Assembly (NCBI GenBank): GCA_965220385.1
Contig: OZ244825.1
Location: 777,142-841,141, forward strand
DNA from: Candidatus Poribacteria bacterium
GTDB taxonomy: Bacteria; Poribacteria; WGA-4E; PCPOR2b
Direction: 5' to 3'
Length of the DNA: 64,000 nt
Below the pieces are notes generated by a model. The model was given only the letters and a program-made list of their open reading frames with translations. It was not told the origin of the DNA and searched no databases. Each line of letters begins with the position of its first letter. Position 1 is the stretch's first letter. The translations under genes were made by a program, and so were the position numbers. Of this stretch, positions 1 through 9,281 are shown piece after piece.

Positions 1-768
1 CACCCACGCCTCAAACCTATGGGTCGTAGCGGACAGCACCAGATCCGCCTTGTCCAGCAGGGATTTGCGCCGCTCTGGAGAAAGTAGCATGTCCCATGCT
101 CCTGTCCGCGAATGCGCCGCCACTATGATGACGTCTCTGCTCCCTTTTTCGATTCCTTCAAGCGTGCCCATCATCCACACACGGCTGCTCTCTGGGAACG
201 CCACCGCATCATCCATAGGCTGATCTGAGAAGTGCATCTGGATCAGATGGACGGTGTAATCGCGGACCGGAATTTGCGCATAGTATTCTGAGCTGTTAGG
301 ACGGATAATGCTCGCGTGGGCTTCCAGCTTCACGAGATCGAGTATCGGCGCGCCTTCGCCGTAATCGGACTGTCTGTGGGTCGGGCTGTAGTATTCGTTC
401 TCACCGTCCGCGACGTTGGGGTAGAAGTGTTCACGCCACCAAGGCTCGGATTGCAGCCAAGGGATAAAGGTATTCTCGAAGCGATGTTTCACGTGGTCGC
501 CTAAACCTACCACAAAGGCGGGATTTCCCTCCTTCATCCAAGCGGTCATTCGAGCAAATTCCACACTACTGAGCGGCGAGTCCCCCTTGTGATCACTCAT
601 GAGGGCAAAGTGTAGATCTGCTATTCGGTCTAAATCCGCGATGGACGCAACGCCGGGTAGTCCATTCCCAACAGCCTCCTGTGGGTTAGCGCTCTCGGTA
701 TCTGTTATCTGTGAAGTCGCCCAAATCAGAAGGGTCAAGACAAGAAGCTGCCCCAGTCTGTCCTTCAT
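1..768 (-). CDS. Calcineurin-like metallophosphoesterase, 3' end outside the window; secreted (N-terminal signal peptide MKDRLGQLLVLTLLIWA)
   Basis: Manual reverse-complement translation from the ATG at 768 gives MKDRLGQLLVLTLLIWATSQ...GLGDHVKHRFENTFIPWLQSEPWWREHFYPNVADGENEYY with the GDH(V/X) phosphoesterase motif. The frame stays open to position 1; it is absent from the ORF track because it has no stop inside the window. Confidence 0.55.
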   Translation of the reverse strand, partial: MKDRLGQLLVLTLLIWATSQITDTESANPQEAVGNGLPGVASIADLDRIADLHFALMSDHKGDSPLSSVEFARMTAWMKEGNPAFVVGLGDHVKHRFENTFIPWLQSEPWWREHFYPNVADGENEYYSPTHRQSDYGEGAPILDLVKLEAHASIIRPNSSEYYAQIPVRDYTVHLIQMHFSDQPMDDAVAFPESSRVWMMGTLEGIEKGSRDVIIVAAHSRTGAWDMLLSPERRKSLLDKADLVLSATTHRFEAWV

Positions 769-786
769 CGTTGCTAATCCTCACTC

Positions 787-2046
787 TTACGCTTCCCAAA
801 TGGGCCAATCGGTTTCTTGGAGCCGCTTCCAGAGGCTATCGAATCGCTCACTTCCATCGTCCTCCCATTCGTCCAATCTGACACCGGGCGCGAAAGATTC
901 GTCTACCCCCTGCTTCATCAATCGTTCCGCCTGTTGTAGGCTTTGGTAATAGTGTTTCAAGCCGCCGGGGAGTGTGACGACGGAGATATGTCGAAGCCAC
1001 TCCGGCGCGGGCGTCTCGGAATAACGGCTGACAGCATTTTCATCCAATTCTACCCCCAACCCCGGTCCCTCTGGAACTCTCATAAATCCCCGCTGAACCG
1101 TATGCCCGTCCACAATCAGGTCATCTTCGTAGGTGTGGCTTGCCGTTACGCCCGGCAGCGTCGCTGTCGGCATCACCGCTCCCAAATGACAGGCGAACGC
1201 TGCGGTTATACCCGTCCCGACGTACTGTAACAGGATTGGGGTGTTCGCAGCGGCAAACGCCCAACTTGCTGCCAACGCACCCTTAATCGTTTCATGGCTG
1301 CACAGCGCACCATCGAAATCGCCTGCGCGAAGACCGACCCAAGGACCTGAGGGTTGACGCGATGCGCCCTCTTGGACAACACCGACACCGTGTAGGTAGA
1401 ACGGGATGCGGATCTCTTGATGCAGCCGCCGCCACCCTTCAACATCGTATGCGAAGATTGGCTCTTCAACACCCTTCACGATCGGAATCTTCTCCAGCTC
1501 TCGAAGGATGGGTAAGGCTTTCTCTACGTTGGTCAAGGCGCCGTTAAAATCAAACTCGACACGAAAGTCCGGCGGTGCAACCTCCTGCATTGCCTGCGAC
1601 TGTTCGACGATATCATAAAATGCTCTGGCTTTGCATTTGAGTCCACGATATCCGCGTTCAGCCGCGACCTGCACTTCAGCGGCGCTGTCTTCGGGCGACA
1701 TTGAGGGCATCCACCAACCCATCGACACCCACTGACGTACCTGCTGCCCCATCAACTTCCATGCCGGCAAGCCCAGATGTTTGCCCATCAGGTCATAGCA
1801 CGCCATGTCGAGGTTGAACCGCCCCTTCCCCATGACATGGTCGAACGGATTCGTGCCGATGTATGCGTCCAAGAGTTCCTGCTCGAAAACGGGACCGGGA
1901 TTCTCTCCCAGTCCAATCAAGCCGGTATCCGTATGGAATTTATAGACCGTTACCTGTTCGTTCAGTCCAAAATGGTAATATTGCTTGCGAATGCGTTCTT
2001 CGTAGGGGACCCGCAGGAGGATCGGTTCAATCGCGGTGATTTTCAT
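787..2046 (-). CDS. Enolase-superfamily enzyme (mandelate racemase/muconate lactonizing enzyme family, probably a sugar-acid dehydratase)
   Basis: 441 aa ORF; probable true start MKITAIEPILLRVPYEE. The N-terminal capping domain plus TIM-barrel pattern (KITAIEP...GLGE...) is typical of MR/MLE-family proteins. Confidence 0.7.
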   Translation of the reverse strand: MKITAIEPILLRVPYEERIRKQYYHFGLNEQVTVYKFHTDTGLIGLGENPGPVFEQELLDAYIGTNPFDHVMGKGRFNLDMACYDLMGKHLGLPAWKLMGQQVRQWVSMGWWMPSMSPEDSAAEVQVAAERGYRGLKCKARAFYDIVEQSQAMQEVAPPDFRVEFDFNGALTNVEKALPILRELEKIPIVKGVEEPIFAYDVEGWRRLHQEIRIPFYLHGVGVVQEGASRQPSGPWVGLRAGDFDGALCSHETIKGALAASWAFAAANTPILLQYVGTGITAAFACHLGAVMPTATLPGVTASHTYEDDLIVDGHTVQRGFMRVPEGPGLGVELDENAVSRYSETPAPEWLRHISVVTLPGGLKHYYQSLQQAERLMKQGVDESFAPGVRLDEWEDDGSERFDSLWKRLQETDWPIWEA

Positions 2047-2269
2047 AGGAGGTGTCCTTTCGTGGTGGGTTATCAACTCGCTCATGATAGCACAGATCTT
2101 GCTCTCAGACAATAGAAAGCGATAGGAATAACAAGCAGTACGTAGTGCGTAAGCAAGACATTTCTACGATATGACAGCGGTTGCGTAGATAATTCCTTAC
2201 GTATTACGTGTTACCCTTCCGAATATCGAGATAATCTATTTGAGGCACACGCGAGAAGGATATTGCAGC

Positions 2270-3019
2270 CTACCCAAACTGTTCTATCAAGAGTTGCGTA
2301 ATGGGATTGGGACGGCTGTAATAGTTCTGTGTGGCGTCGTCTTTACCTTCCCACAAACGGCGCGGAAAAATCGTGTGATTGCTGAGATATCGGTCTGTGG
2401 TACGACCACAGTAAATGTGAACGGTACGGCGTTCAGAGGTGGTCTGTCGGACATTCCCGGCGTGGAAGGTTGACGCGTTGAAGAGGATCGCTGTGCCGGC
2501 GGGACCGACGAGGTGCTGTGCCGCGCTGAGGTCATAAGCCTCAAGCGGGAATAATTCTGTGGATTGCGCGGTGCCGGGCAGGACGCTAAAGGTGTGCGTT
2601 GTGTCGTCTACATCCGTCAGATAAAATACCACCGATAGATAGCGCGTATAATATGGAAGTTCGGCATCCGCCCTATTCTCACGATTCGCATCGCGGTGCC
2701 AGCGGCATTCGGTATCGCCATCGGGGTTCGGCGCACGGAGCATCACCGAGTGCTCCTCTGCACAGATATCTTCTCCCATGATAGCGTTCATCAACGGCAG
2801 CAACGTCGGTGGGCGCATGGTCACGTCCATCTCCGGGCAGGCGAGTAGGGCGTGGACGTTCTGGCAACGTCCGCTCTGTCCACGGTCTATCCACATCACC
2901 GGATTCTCGACGAGGTCCCGATCTATCGCCTCATTGATAGATTGAACCTCCTCAATAGAAAGGGCATTGGGTACGACAAGATAACCGTTTTCCTTGAAAA
3001 ATTTTAACTGTTCTTTCAT
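2270..3019 (-). CDS. Phytanoyl-CoA dioxygenase (PhyH) family Fe(II)/2-oxoglutarate oxygenase
   Basis: 249 aa; N-terminus MKEQLKFFKENGYLVVPNALS is typical of the PhyH family, and the WHRD...H motif is present. Confidence 0.7.
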   Translation of the reverse strand: MKEQLKFFKENGYLVVPNALSIEEVQSINEAIDRDLVENPVMWIDRGQSGRCQNVHALLACPEMDVTMRPPTLLPLMNAIMGEDICAEEHSVMLRAPNPDGDTECRWHRDANRENRADAELPYYTRYLSVVFYLTDVDDTTHTFSVLPGTAQSTELFPLEAYDLSAAQHLVGPAGTAILFNASTFHAGNVRQTTSERRTVHIYCGRTTDRYLSNHTIFPRRLWEGKDDATQNYYSRPNPITQLLIEQFG

Positions 3020-3265
3020 TAGGTCTTTCCTCGCAATGTGTTAGGGGAGGCTAATTATATTGAGAATTATAGGAACGAGAAGGTGGATAGTCAAGCATAA
3101 AGGTCGAAATTCAGATTCTTGTTTTTGGATAGATGTGCTATAATTGAAACATAAATCTTTGCATCGTCAGGTCAAATTTTCTTGGTGAGACTTGGCCGGG
3201 ATTGCGTGATACTATGCTTGATGTATCTTAAGTTCTATTTGCCAAAATCGAAATCGGGGGATAGC

Positions 3266-4108
3266 ATGAATATCGTAGAACTCCTCAAACTCAGAGGATT
3301 GGATACGAAGAAATCAACTAAGATGATAAGACACACAGACCACGGCGATTATCTTATTAGTGAGATGACCAAAAAGGAATTAGAGATCTATCAACGATGC
3401 CAAGATAAAGGAGCTTTTAAGGGCCTGGATTATGTTGTTTCTTTTCGTGGACTTGAGCGGACGAAAGCAAAGTTCATCGGTGTGTATAAAGTCACAGATG
3501 AAAAACCGTTAACGCCTAGATTTTGCCCCAAGAACTATCGTTTTCGTAAAATCTTTGAAGGAGGTGGTTCTTTCTACGAATTGGAGAAAGTTTCTGGTTT
3601 TGAGGACTTGGAGGGCCGGGTTATTATCGAATGGGGGCAAGGAATGCAATGGGCTCAATGGCTTAGTAATGAGAAAGAGGTGTTTGAGATTCGACCTCCC
3701 GGTGCTGCCCAACCCTTTCCGGACTATCTGGACTTAATTCTGGAGTTTGATAGAATGCGCAAAATGGTTGATAACCCGGATTCTTGGCGAGAGTGGCACA
3801 CCATGTTATCAGTGGTTGCAGGGGTGTATCTGATAGTCGACACGAAAACAGGTAAACCATATGTTGGTTTAGCGCTTGGGGAAGATGGCATCATAGGCAG
3901 ATGGGCGCAATACGCTAAAAACGGTCATGGAGACAATGAAGGACTTAAGAAGCTATTGTGCAATCATGGCAGTACCTATGCTAATAACTTTTCTTTTAGT
4001 ATACTCGAGACACTTCCTAAAAACTGGACTGATCAGAAAATGAGAGAACGTGAAAAGGTATGGAAAGATAAACTGCGTTCAAGAGAATTTGGACTAAACC
4101 TGAATTGA
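3266..4108 (+). CDS. GIY-YIG nuclease-domain protein (C-terminal GIY-YIG, N-terminal domain of unknown function)
   Basis: C-terminal GVYLIVDTKTGKPYVGLA...R...E...N matches the GIY-YIG core. Start MNIVELLK is preceded by a GGGGGAT Shine-Dalgarno. Local GC is about 38% against about 55% for the surrounding sequence. Confidence 0.6.
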   Translation: MNIVELLKLRGLDTKKSTKMIRHTDHGDYLISEMTKKELEIYQRCQDKGAFKGLDYVVSFRGLERTKAKFIGVYKVTDEKPLTPRFCPKNYRFRKIFEGGGSFYELEKVSGFEDLEGRVIIEWGQGMQWAQWLSNEKEVFEIRPPGAAQPFPDYLDLILEFDRMRKMVDNPDSWREWHTMLSVVAGVYLIVDTKTGKPYVGLALGEDGIIGRWAQYAKNGHGDNEGLKKLLCNHGSTYANNFSFSILETLPKNWTDQKMREREKVWKDKLRSREFGLNLN

Positions 4109-4153
4109 TAACAACCTGTAAAATCACGCAAAAACCAATAGGAAAAAGATAAA

Positions 4154-4375
4154 ATGGCTAAATATTTCGCATCTGCTATAGACAAACCGGGGCTTAAACC
4201 TTACGAAATCGCACAATCTTCTGTAGGTCGATTTTCCAAAATCGACGTTTCTGGGTCGAGGTATGTATCTCAATCTATGCCGTTCCGAGGACTCCGACGA
4301 ATCGTTCCGAGGGTCGACATATGCGAGGCGAAAACTCTCGGGACCGAGTACATAAATCGAACCCTTTTCAAATAA
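4154..4375 (+). pseudogene. Duplicated 5' fragment of the downstream gene (first 19 codons MAKYFASAIDKPGLKPYEI identical), then diverges
   Basis: Nucleotides 4154-4210 are an exact 57 bp direct repeat of 4522-4578. Confidence 0.35.
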
Positions 4376-4521
4376 ATGTCAACATGCCCTAAGCATATTA
4401 CTTGGAATCCTATTCGCAGCCGCAGGACAGTGTAGTCGGTATATGGAATACGTGAAGCGTGAATCTTCAAAAAGCGTGAATCTTCAAATCAACCAATGAA
4501 CTAATGGACTCATACACTAAT

Positions 4522-4836
4522 ATGGCTAAATATTTCGCATCTGCTATAGACAAACCGGGGCTTAAACCTTACGAAATCTCACGGACGCTGCGCGGGCAGC
4601 TTCACTACTTCACCGAAGGTGCCAGCGCCCACCAATGGGAACATAGCGGCGATCCAAATGCGTTTTTCTTTCCGCTCGACCTGACCACCGAACTGTTTGA
4701 CGAAGGCGTGTTCTACGTGACCTCCCCGTTGGACGATCAGAACCAAGCCGAAATTGAGATCACGGAAGAACAGGAAGACTTTTTGGAATGGCTCATCTCG
4801 AATGAAGTTGAGCAGGTAAAGGTTTCGGAAGTGTAA
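4522..4836 (+). CDS. Hypothetical acidic protein
   Basis: ORF begins MAKYFASAIDKPGLKPYEISRTLRGQLHYFTEG...; I recognise no domain. Confidence 0.45.
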   Translation: MAKYFASAIDKPGLKPYEISRTLRGQLHYFTEGASAHQWEHSGDPNAFFFPLDLTTELFDEGVFYVTSPLDDQNQAEIEITEEQEDFLEWLISNEVEQVKVSEV

Positions 4837-4892
4837 CGTGATGCGTAAATTGGTTCATTAATGAGCAAATGAACCAAGGACAGGAGTTTCAG

Positions 4893-5723
4893 ATGACCGT
4901 CACCCCAAACAGTATTAATCAGATGCAAGTAGTCCCTACCGGCGGCTCCCTTGGGGCGGAAATCCAGGGGCTAAACCTTGTGCATCCCTTGCCCGAAGAC
5001 ACGGTTCAGGGGCTACACCACGCGCTGCTATCGCACGCTGTCCTACTCTTTCGTGGACAGCAGATTAGCGACGAGGACCAAGTACGGTTCACCAACTACT
5101 TCGGTCAGGCGGTCGAGCATGTCCGCAAGCAGATGCCGCGCCCAGTCAAAGAGATCTTCTTCGTCTCCAATGTCGAAAAGGACGGTCAACCCATAGGCGC
5201 ACTCGGCAACGACGAGATCCCCTTCCACTCCGATCTATCATATCTGCGGAAACCCGGAACGCTCTCCATAATCTACGCGGTCGAACTTCCTTCCACCGGC
5301 GGTGCCACGCAGTGGTGCAACTGCTACGCTGCCTATGAGGCACTTGATCCCGACCTCAAGGCACGGCTCAAAGGGATGCGCGCTGTCCATCGCCATCACG
5401 TCGAAAGCCAGAACCCCCCAGAACTGATTGACCATCCGGTTGTTTGTACCCACCCCGAAACCGGGCGCAAAGCGCTCTACGTCGGTCCCCACCTGACTCG
5501 ACATATCGTCGGCGTTAGCGAATCGGAGAGCCGTGCGCTGCTTGGAACACTCTTCGATCATATGTCGCAGGAACGGTTTGTCTGGACGCACGATTGGAAA
5601 ATTGGTGACCTGATTATATGGGACAACCGCTGTACCATGCATCGGCGAGCAGGGTTCCCACCGGATGAGCGACGAATAATGAAACGGACACAGATTTTCA
5701 ACGACGCAATCCCGTATGAGTAA
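4893..5723 (+). CDS. TauD/TfdA-family Fe(II)/alpha-ketoglutarate-dependent dioxygenase
   Basis: Contains IPFHSDLSY (HxD) and a downstream His; length and order match taurine dioxygenase-like enzymes. An AGGACAGGAG Shine-Dalgarno precedes the ATG at 4893. Confidence 0.75.
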   Translation: MTVTPNSINQMQVVPTGGSLGAEIQGLNLVHPLPEDTVQGLHHALLSHAVLLFRGQQISDEDQVRFTNYFGQAVEHVRKQMPRPVKEIFFVSNVEKDGQPIGALGNDEIPFHSDLSYLRKPGTLSIIYAVELPSTGGATQWCNCYAAYEALDPDLKARLKGMRAVHRHHVESQNPPELIDHPVVCTHPETGRKALYVGPHLTRHIVGVSESESRALLGTLFDHMSQERFVWTHDWKIGDLIIWDNRCTMHRRAGFPPDERRIMKRTQIFNDAIPYE

Positions 5724-5951
5724 GAATGAAACGTGATGCGTGAAACGTGAAGATCGGAAGATGACCCGTCCTAAAGTCGTAAACACATTCCGCTTCGCAA
5801 ATTAAGTGGGTCGTCGTATCGTGAACAAAGCTATGACCCGGTAGGTGCGGTTTCTAACCGCACCGAATCCCGACGAGTCGGAACAGGACATGAGGAGCAA
5901 AAGTGTCTATAAGTGGGTCGTCGTATCGTAAACAAAGGTAAGGAAGAGACA

Positions 5952-7688
5952 GTGAAAAACACTCGATTTCTGCTCTCTGCTCTGGTTGATTTTCCGGATG
6001 ACTGCAATCGTTTGGTCTTTACACCCGGCCTGGTAGAAAACCTGATAGATCGCCTCCACTGGATGGGCGTCCGTCGGGTGTACTGGAACTATTACCAAAA
6101 AGGGATGTGGGACAATTTCGCCGACAACTCGGACGCGACTCGCCAGACCCTTGCGAATTTGGGAGAACCCCTAACTGTTGGCTGCCGTCTGGCGCATGAG
6201 CGAGGGATGGAATTCTACGCCACCATCAAGCCCTACGAAACCGGCGCAAGTCACGCCAATCCCAAAGATAGCCCTGAGATGATGGCTGTGCCCGGCTTGC
6301 CATGTATCGGTGGGGTCTGCAAGGTTGATCCGTGGGTCATGGCGCATCCGGAGATGCGGGTGCGAGGACGCAGCGCGGACGTACCCATGGGACTGGAGAA
6401 CGTCCCAATTGAGCGCATCCAACTCCGCCAAAAAGACATGGCGCCCGTCCGTATCGCACCAGAAAACATCGAAATCTGGACGAGTGACGATAATAACGGC
6501 TACCGAAAGCAGGACCTGACCTTTGCGGTGACCGAATCTGTTGAAACCTGTCCACGGGATGTCTTTGAGCTTGACGGCGACCCAGTCACGTCCCAAGGGG
6601 AATCGGTGCGAGCCCTCAACCTGAGTGGACTGAATCTGCTCGATCCGTTTATTGCGATCACCACCAATTTTGAGGACAGAGATGGCAGCTTCCGCAATAC
6701 CGCGATGGAGATGGTGCGGGCATTTGGTCCCAGCGGTCAGCCGATACCGATTGTCGTCGCCAGTCACAAGGCGGTTTGGAGACCCGTACGAGACTTCCGC
6801 ACAGGTGACCTTGAGTACGATGCAGGACTCGGCGATGCCATCGTTTGTCTTGATGTTAACAACCAACCTGTAGTCCCATCAGATACGTCCGCGAGTGACT
6901 CCAACGACGGGGTGATTGCGGTCGCGAGGGGACGAAACGAGTATTTCTCCGGTTCGCTCTGTGAAGCGTATCCGGAGGTACAATCGTACTGGTTGGGTTG
7001 GGTCGGCGAGTGCATTGCGGCGGGTGTTGACGGATTGGACGTTCGCATCTCCTGCCATAGTAGCTGGACAAATACGCCGGAGATCTACGGTTTCAATGAA
7101 CCTGTGACGGGGGAGTACCAGCGGCGATACGGTATCAATCCGGACGTGGAACCGTACGACCCAGCGTTGGTCGGGGCATTGCGCGGCGAATTCTTCGATC
7201 AGTTCCTGCGCGCAACAAAGCGGCGCCTGTCCGCAGCCGGTAAACGGATGCAGGTTCATGCGGAGATGGAATCGTTCCGGTCCGACGCCTGTCAGGGGCG
7301 CTGGCGCACCCGTCCCGGCAACATCACGTTTAACTGGCGAAGTTGGCTACATACCGGGCTAGCGGACGAAGCCACACTATTTGGACGTGGTTGGATGCCC
7401 GACCAAATGCTCAACGACGCACTCACGTTGGAGATGCTGCGGGAAGCTGCTGATACCGATGTGCCCGTGCATTTGAGCAAAGCGGTCGGACATAGCCGCG
7501 ACGGACGGGTACACGCTGATCTGTTGGAGTATATCTACCGTTTCGGTGGACTCACCGGATACACGCTCTATGAGACCGCGGCGATGTATGATGGGCAGCA
7601 GCTTGGGGCTGACGGTCAGCTACAGTTCCACCCGGGGCTGTGCGAGGGGATACGTGACCGTGTTAGAACTTTGGGGCTCATAGATTAA
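5952..7688 (+). CDS. Hypothetical protein (possibly a glycoside-hydrolase-like TIM barrel)
   Basis: Long ORF with coding-like composition. GTG start after an AAGGAAG Shine-Dalgarno is preferred over the ATG at 5913, which lies inside an intergenic repeat. No confident family assignment. Confidence 0.45.
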   Translation: MKNTRFLLSALVDFPDDCNRLVFTPGLVENLIDRLHWMGVRRVYWNYYQKGMWDNFADNSDATRQTLANLGEPLTVGCRLAHERGMEFYATIKPYETGASHANPKDSPEMMAVPGLPCIGGVCKVDPWVMAHPEMRVRGRSADVPMGLENVPIERIQLRQKDMAPVRIAPENIEIWTSDDNNGYRKQDLTFAVTESVETCPRDVFELDGDPVTSQGESVRALNLSGLNLLDPFIAITTNFEDRDGSFRNTAMEMVRAFGPSGQPIPIVVASHKAVWRPVRDFRTGDLEYDAGLGDAIVCLDVNNQPVVPSDTSASDSNDGVIAVARGRNEYFSGSLCEAYPEVQSYWLGWVGECIAAGVDGLDVRISCHSSWTNTPEIYGFNEPVTGEYQRRYGINPDVEPYDPALVGALRGEFFDQFLRATKRRLSAAGKRMQVHAEMESFRSDACQGRWRTRPGNITFNWRSWLHTGLADEATLFGRGWMPDQMLNDALTLEMLREAADTDVPVHLSKAVGHSRDGRVHADLLEYIYRFGGLTGYTLYETAAMYDGQQLGADGQLQFHPGLCEGIRDRVRTLGLID

Positions 7689-7764
7689 GAAAGTCCTGAC
7701 CGTTCAGGCGCACTGATCGTATTGTCCTGAACAGCTAGAAGAAACTAATATAAATGGAGTGTAA

Positions 7765-8847
7765 ATGATGACCGATCAGAAATCAGCGGACTACCGTGCG
7801 GCGATTATCGGCTGCGGGAGTATCGCTAACAGCCACGCCTCCGGCTATAATCGGACCGAGGCGACCGCGCTGGTCGCGTGTGCAGACACGGTAGAAGCGA
7901 AAGCAGCAGGTTTCGCCGAGCGAAACGCTATTCCTAACTACTACGCCGATTACCGAGCAATGCTTGACGTTGAGAAACCTGACATCGTGAGCGTCTGCAC
8001 GTGGCACCCCCTTCACGCAGAGATGACAATCGCTGCCGCGGCACGGCAGCCGAAGGCTATCCTCTGCGAGAAGCCGATGGCGACCAACCTGGGCGAGGCT
8101 GAAGCGATGATGATTGCCTGCCAGCGGAATCAGGTTAAATTGGTGATCGGTTTCCAGCGTCGATTTCTTGGGGCATGGACGGAAGCGAAAAATCTGATTG
8201 CATCCGGCGCAGTTGGCAAACCGGAACGGATATCACATACCCGTCTGACCGGGCTGCTCAATGCGAGTAGCCACGGGTTTGACTGTATGCGTTATATTCT
8301 GGGCGATCCCAAGGTGGAATGGGTCTTTGGTCAGGTGGAGCGGAAGACCGATCGGTACGAACGCAGTGTGCGTAGCGAGGATTGCGTGGCGGGATTCTTC
8401 CTATTTGAGGGCGGTGTGCAGGCGAGTTTCCAGACAGACGTTGTCCCCGAAAACAAATGGGCGTTTGTGCAGGGGACGGATGGGCTGATCGATTTCGACG
8501 ATGGTTGGATCCGCTACTTCAACGCTGAGACGGCTGGTTGGAAGGACGTAGAGGTTGAGGAAGTGGATGCGGCTGCTGCTCAGGTGGGGGAGTTGGTTGA
8601 GTGGATCGAAGATCGCTGCGTCCATCGCAACGAAGCGGAAAATGGTTTGTGGACGATGCACATGATGATGGGTGCCTACGAATCTGCCCGCTGCCACGAG
8701 GTGGTCCGTTTACCGATGCAAACCCGAGCGAACCCGCTCGATCTGATGGTGGAATCTGGACAGTTGCCGGTGCAATACCCCGGACGCTACGATATTCGCA
8801 GTTTCTTACTTGAGGGCGAAGCGATGAATCTGGAAGAGACTGAGTGA
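7765..8847 (+). CDS. Gfo/Idh/MocA-family NAD(P)-dependent oxidoreductase
   Basis: N-terminal Rossmann AIIGCGSIANSHA and the EKP motif (ILCEKPMA). Confidence 0.8.
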   Translation: MMTDQKSADYRAAIIGCGSIANSHASGYNRTEATALVACADTVEAKAAGFAERNAIPNYYADYRAMLDVEKPDIVSVCTWHPLHAEMTIAAAARQPKAILCEKPMATNLGEAEAMMIACQRNQVKLVIGFQRRFLGAWTEAKNLIASGAVGKPERISHTRLTGLLNASSHGFDCMRYILGDPKVEWVFGQVERKTDRYERSVRSEDCVAGFFLFEGGVQASFQTDVVPENKWAFVQGTDGLIDFDDGWIRYFNAETAGWKDVEVEEVDAAAAQVGELVEWIEDRCVHRNEAENGLWTMHMMMGAYESARCHEVVRLPMQTRANPLDLMVESGQLPVQYPGRYDIRSFLLEGEAMNLEETE

Positions 8848-8959
8848 CGAGGGAGCGGGAAAGTCCTTTGTTCATTATTCGCAGTTTCTTACTTGAGGGC
8901 GAAGCGATGAATCTGGAAGAGACTGAGTGACGAGGGAGCGGGAAAGTCCTTTGTTCATT
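8794..8959. repeat. 83 bp direct tandem duplication (two copies) covering the last 18 codons plus stop and downstream flank of the Gfo/Idh/MocA gene
   Basis: 8794-8876 and 8877-8959 are near-identical (ATTCGCAGTTTCTTACTTGAGGGCGAAGCGATGAATCTGGAAGAGACTGAGTGA...). Confidence 0.8.
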
Positions 8960-9281
8960 GGTGCATTAATGAGCTATAGTGAATTCTAAAAATAAATAGA
9001 CACCTTCGCTCCTCGGTTTCGATCCCGCCTGCCTGCTCTCGGCTTGTCGGAGTCCCCATGTATCGGGGATCCTATCGGGGGATTTATCGGAACCGGTAGA
9101 TGCGGTTTCCAACCGCACCGGTTTGGAATGTCTCATTAATTCTACGGTCCACTATAAATCGGTTTCTGTTGCACAATTTTTTAGCATGGCGATTCTTTTT
9201 TATTTGTGTAGGTTAGTGTGGATTGACGGGGGAATGAAACGGGGAACGTGACGCGTGAGATAGACTAAAGAGGGGTGTTTT

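Noticed and set aside
599-949. 116 aa plus-strand ORF
   Set aside because: It overlaps the starts and ends of two well-supported minus-strand genes (phosphoesterase and enolase-superfamily protein); no ribosome-binding site; composition-driven.
5238-5786. 182 aa minus-strand ORF antisense to the TauD-family gene
   Set aside because: The plus-strand product has clear TauD/TfdA motifs; the antisense ORF has no features and arises from high GC.
6171-7259. Several 70-230 aa minus-strand ORFs inside the 5952..7688 gene
   Set aside because: Typical high-GC antisense open frames; the Arg/Pro-rich translations are not protein-like.
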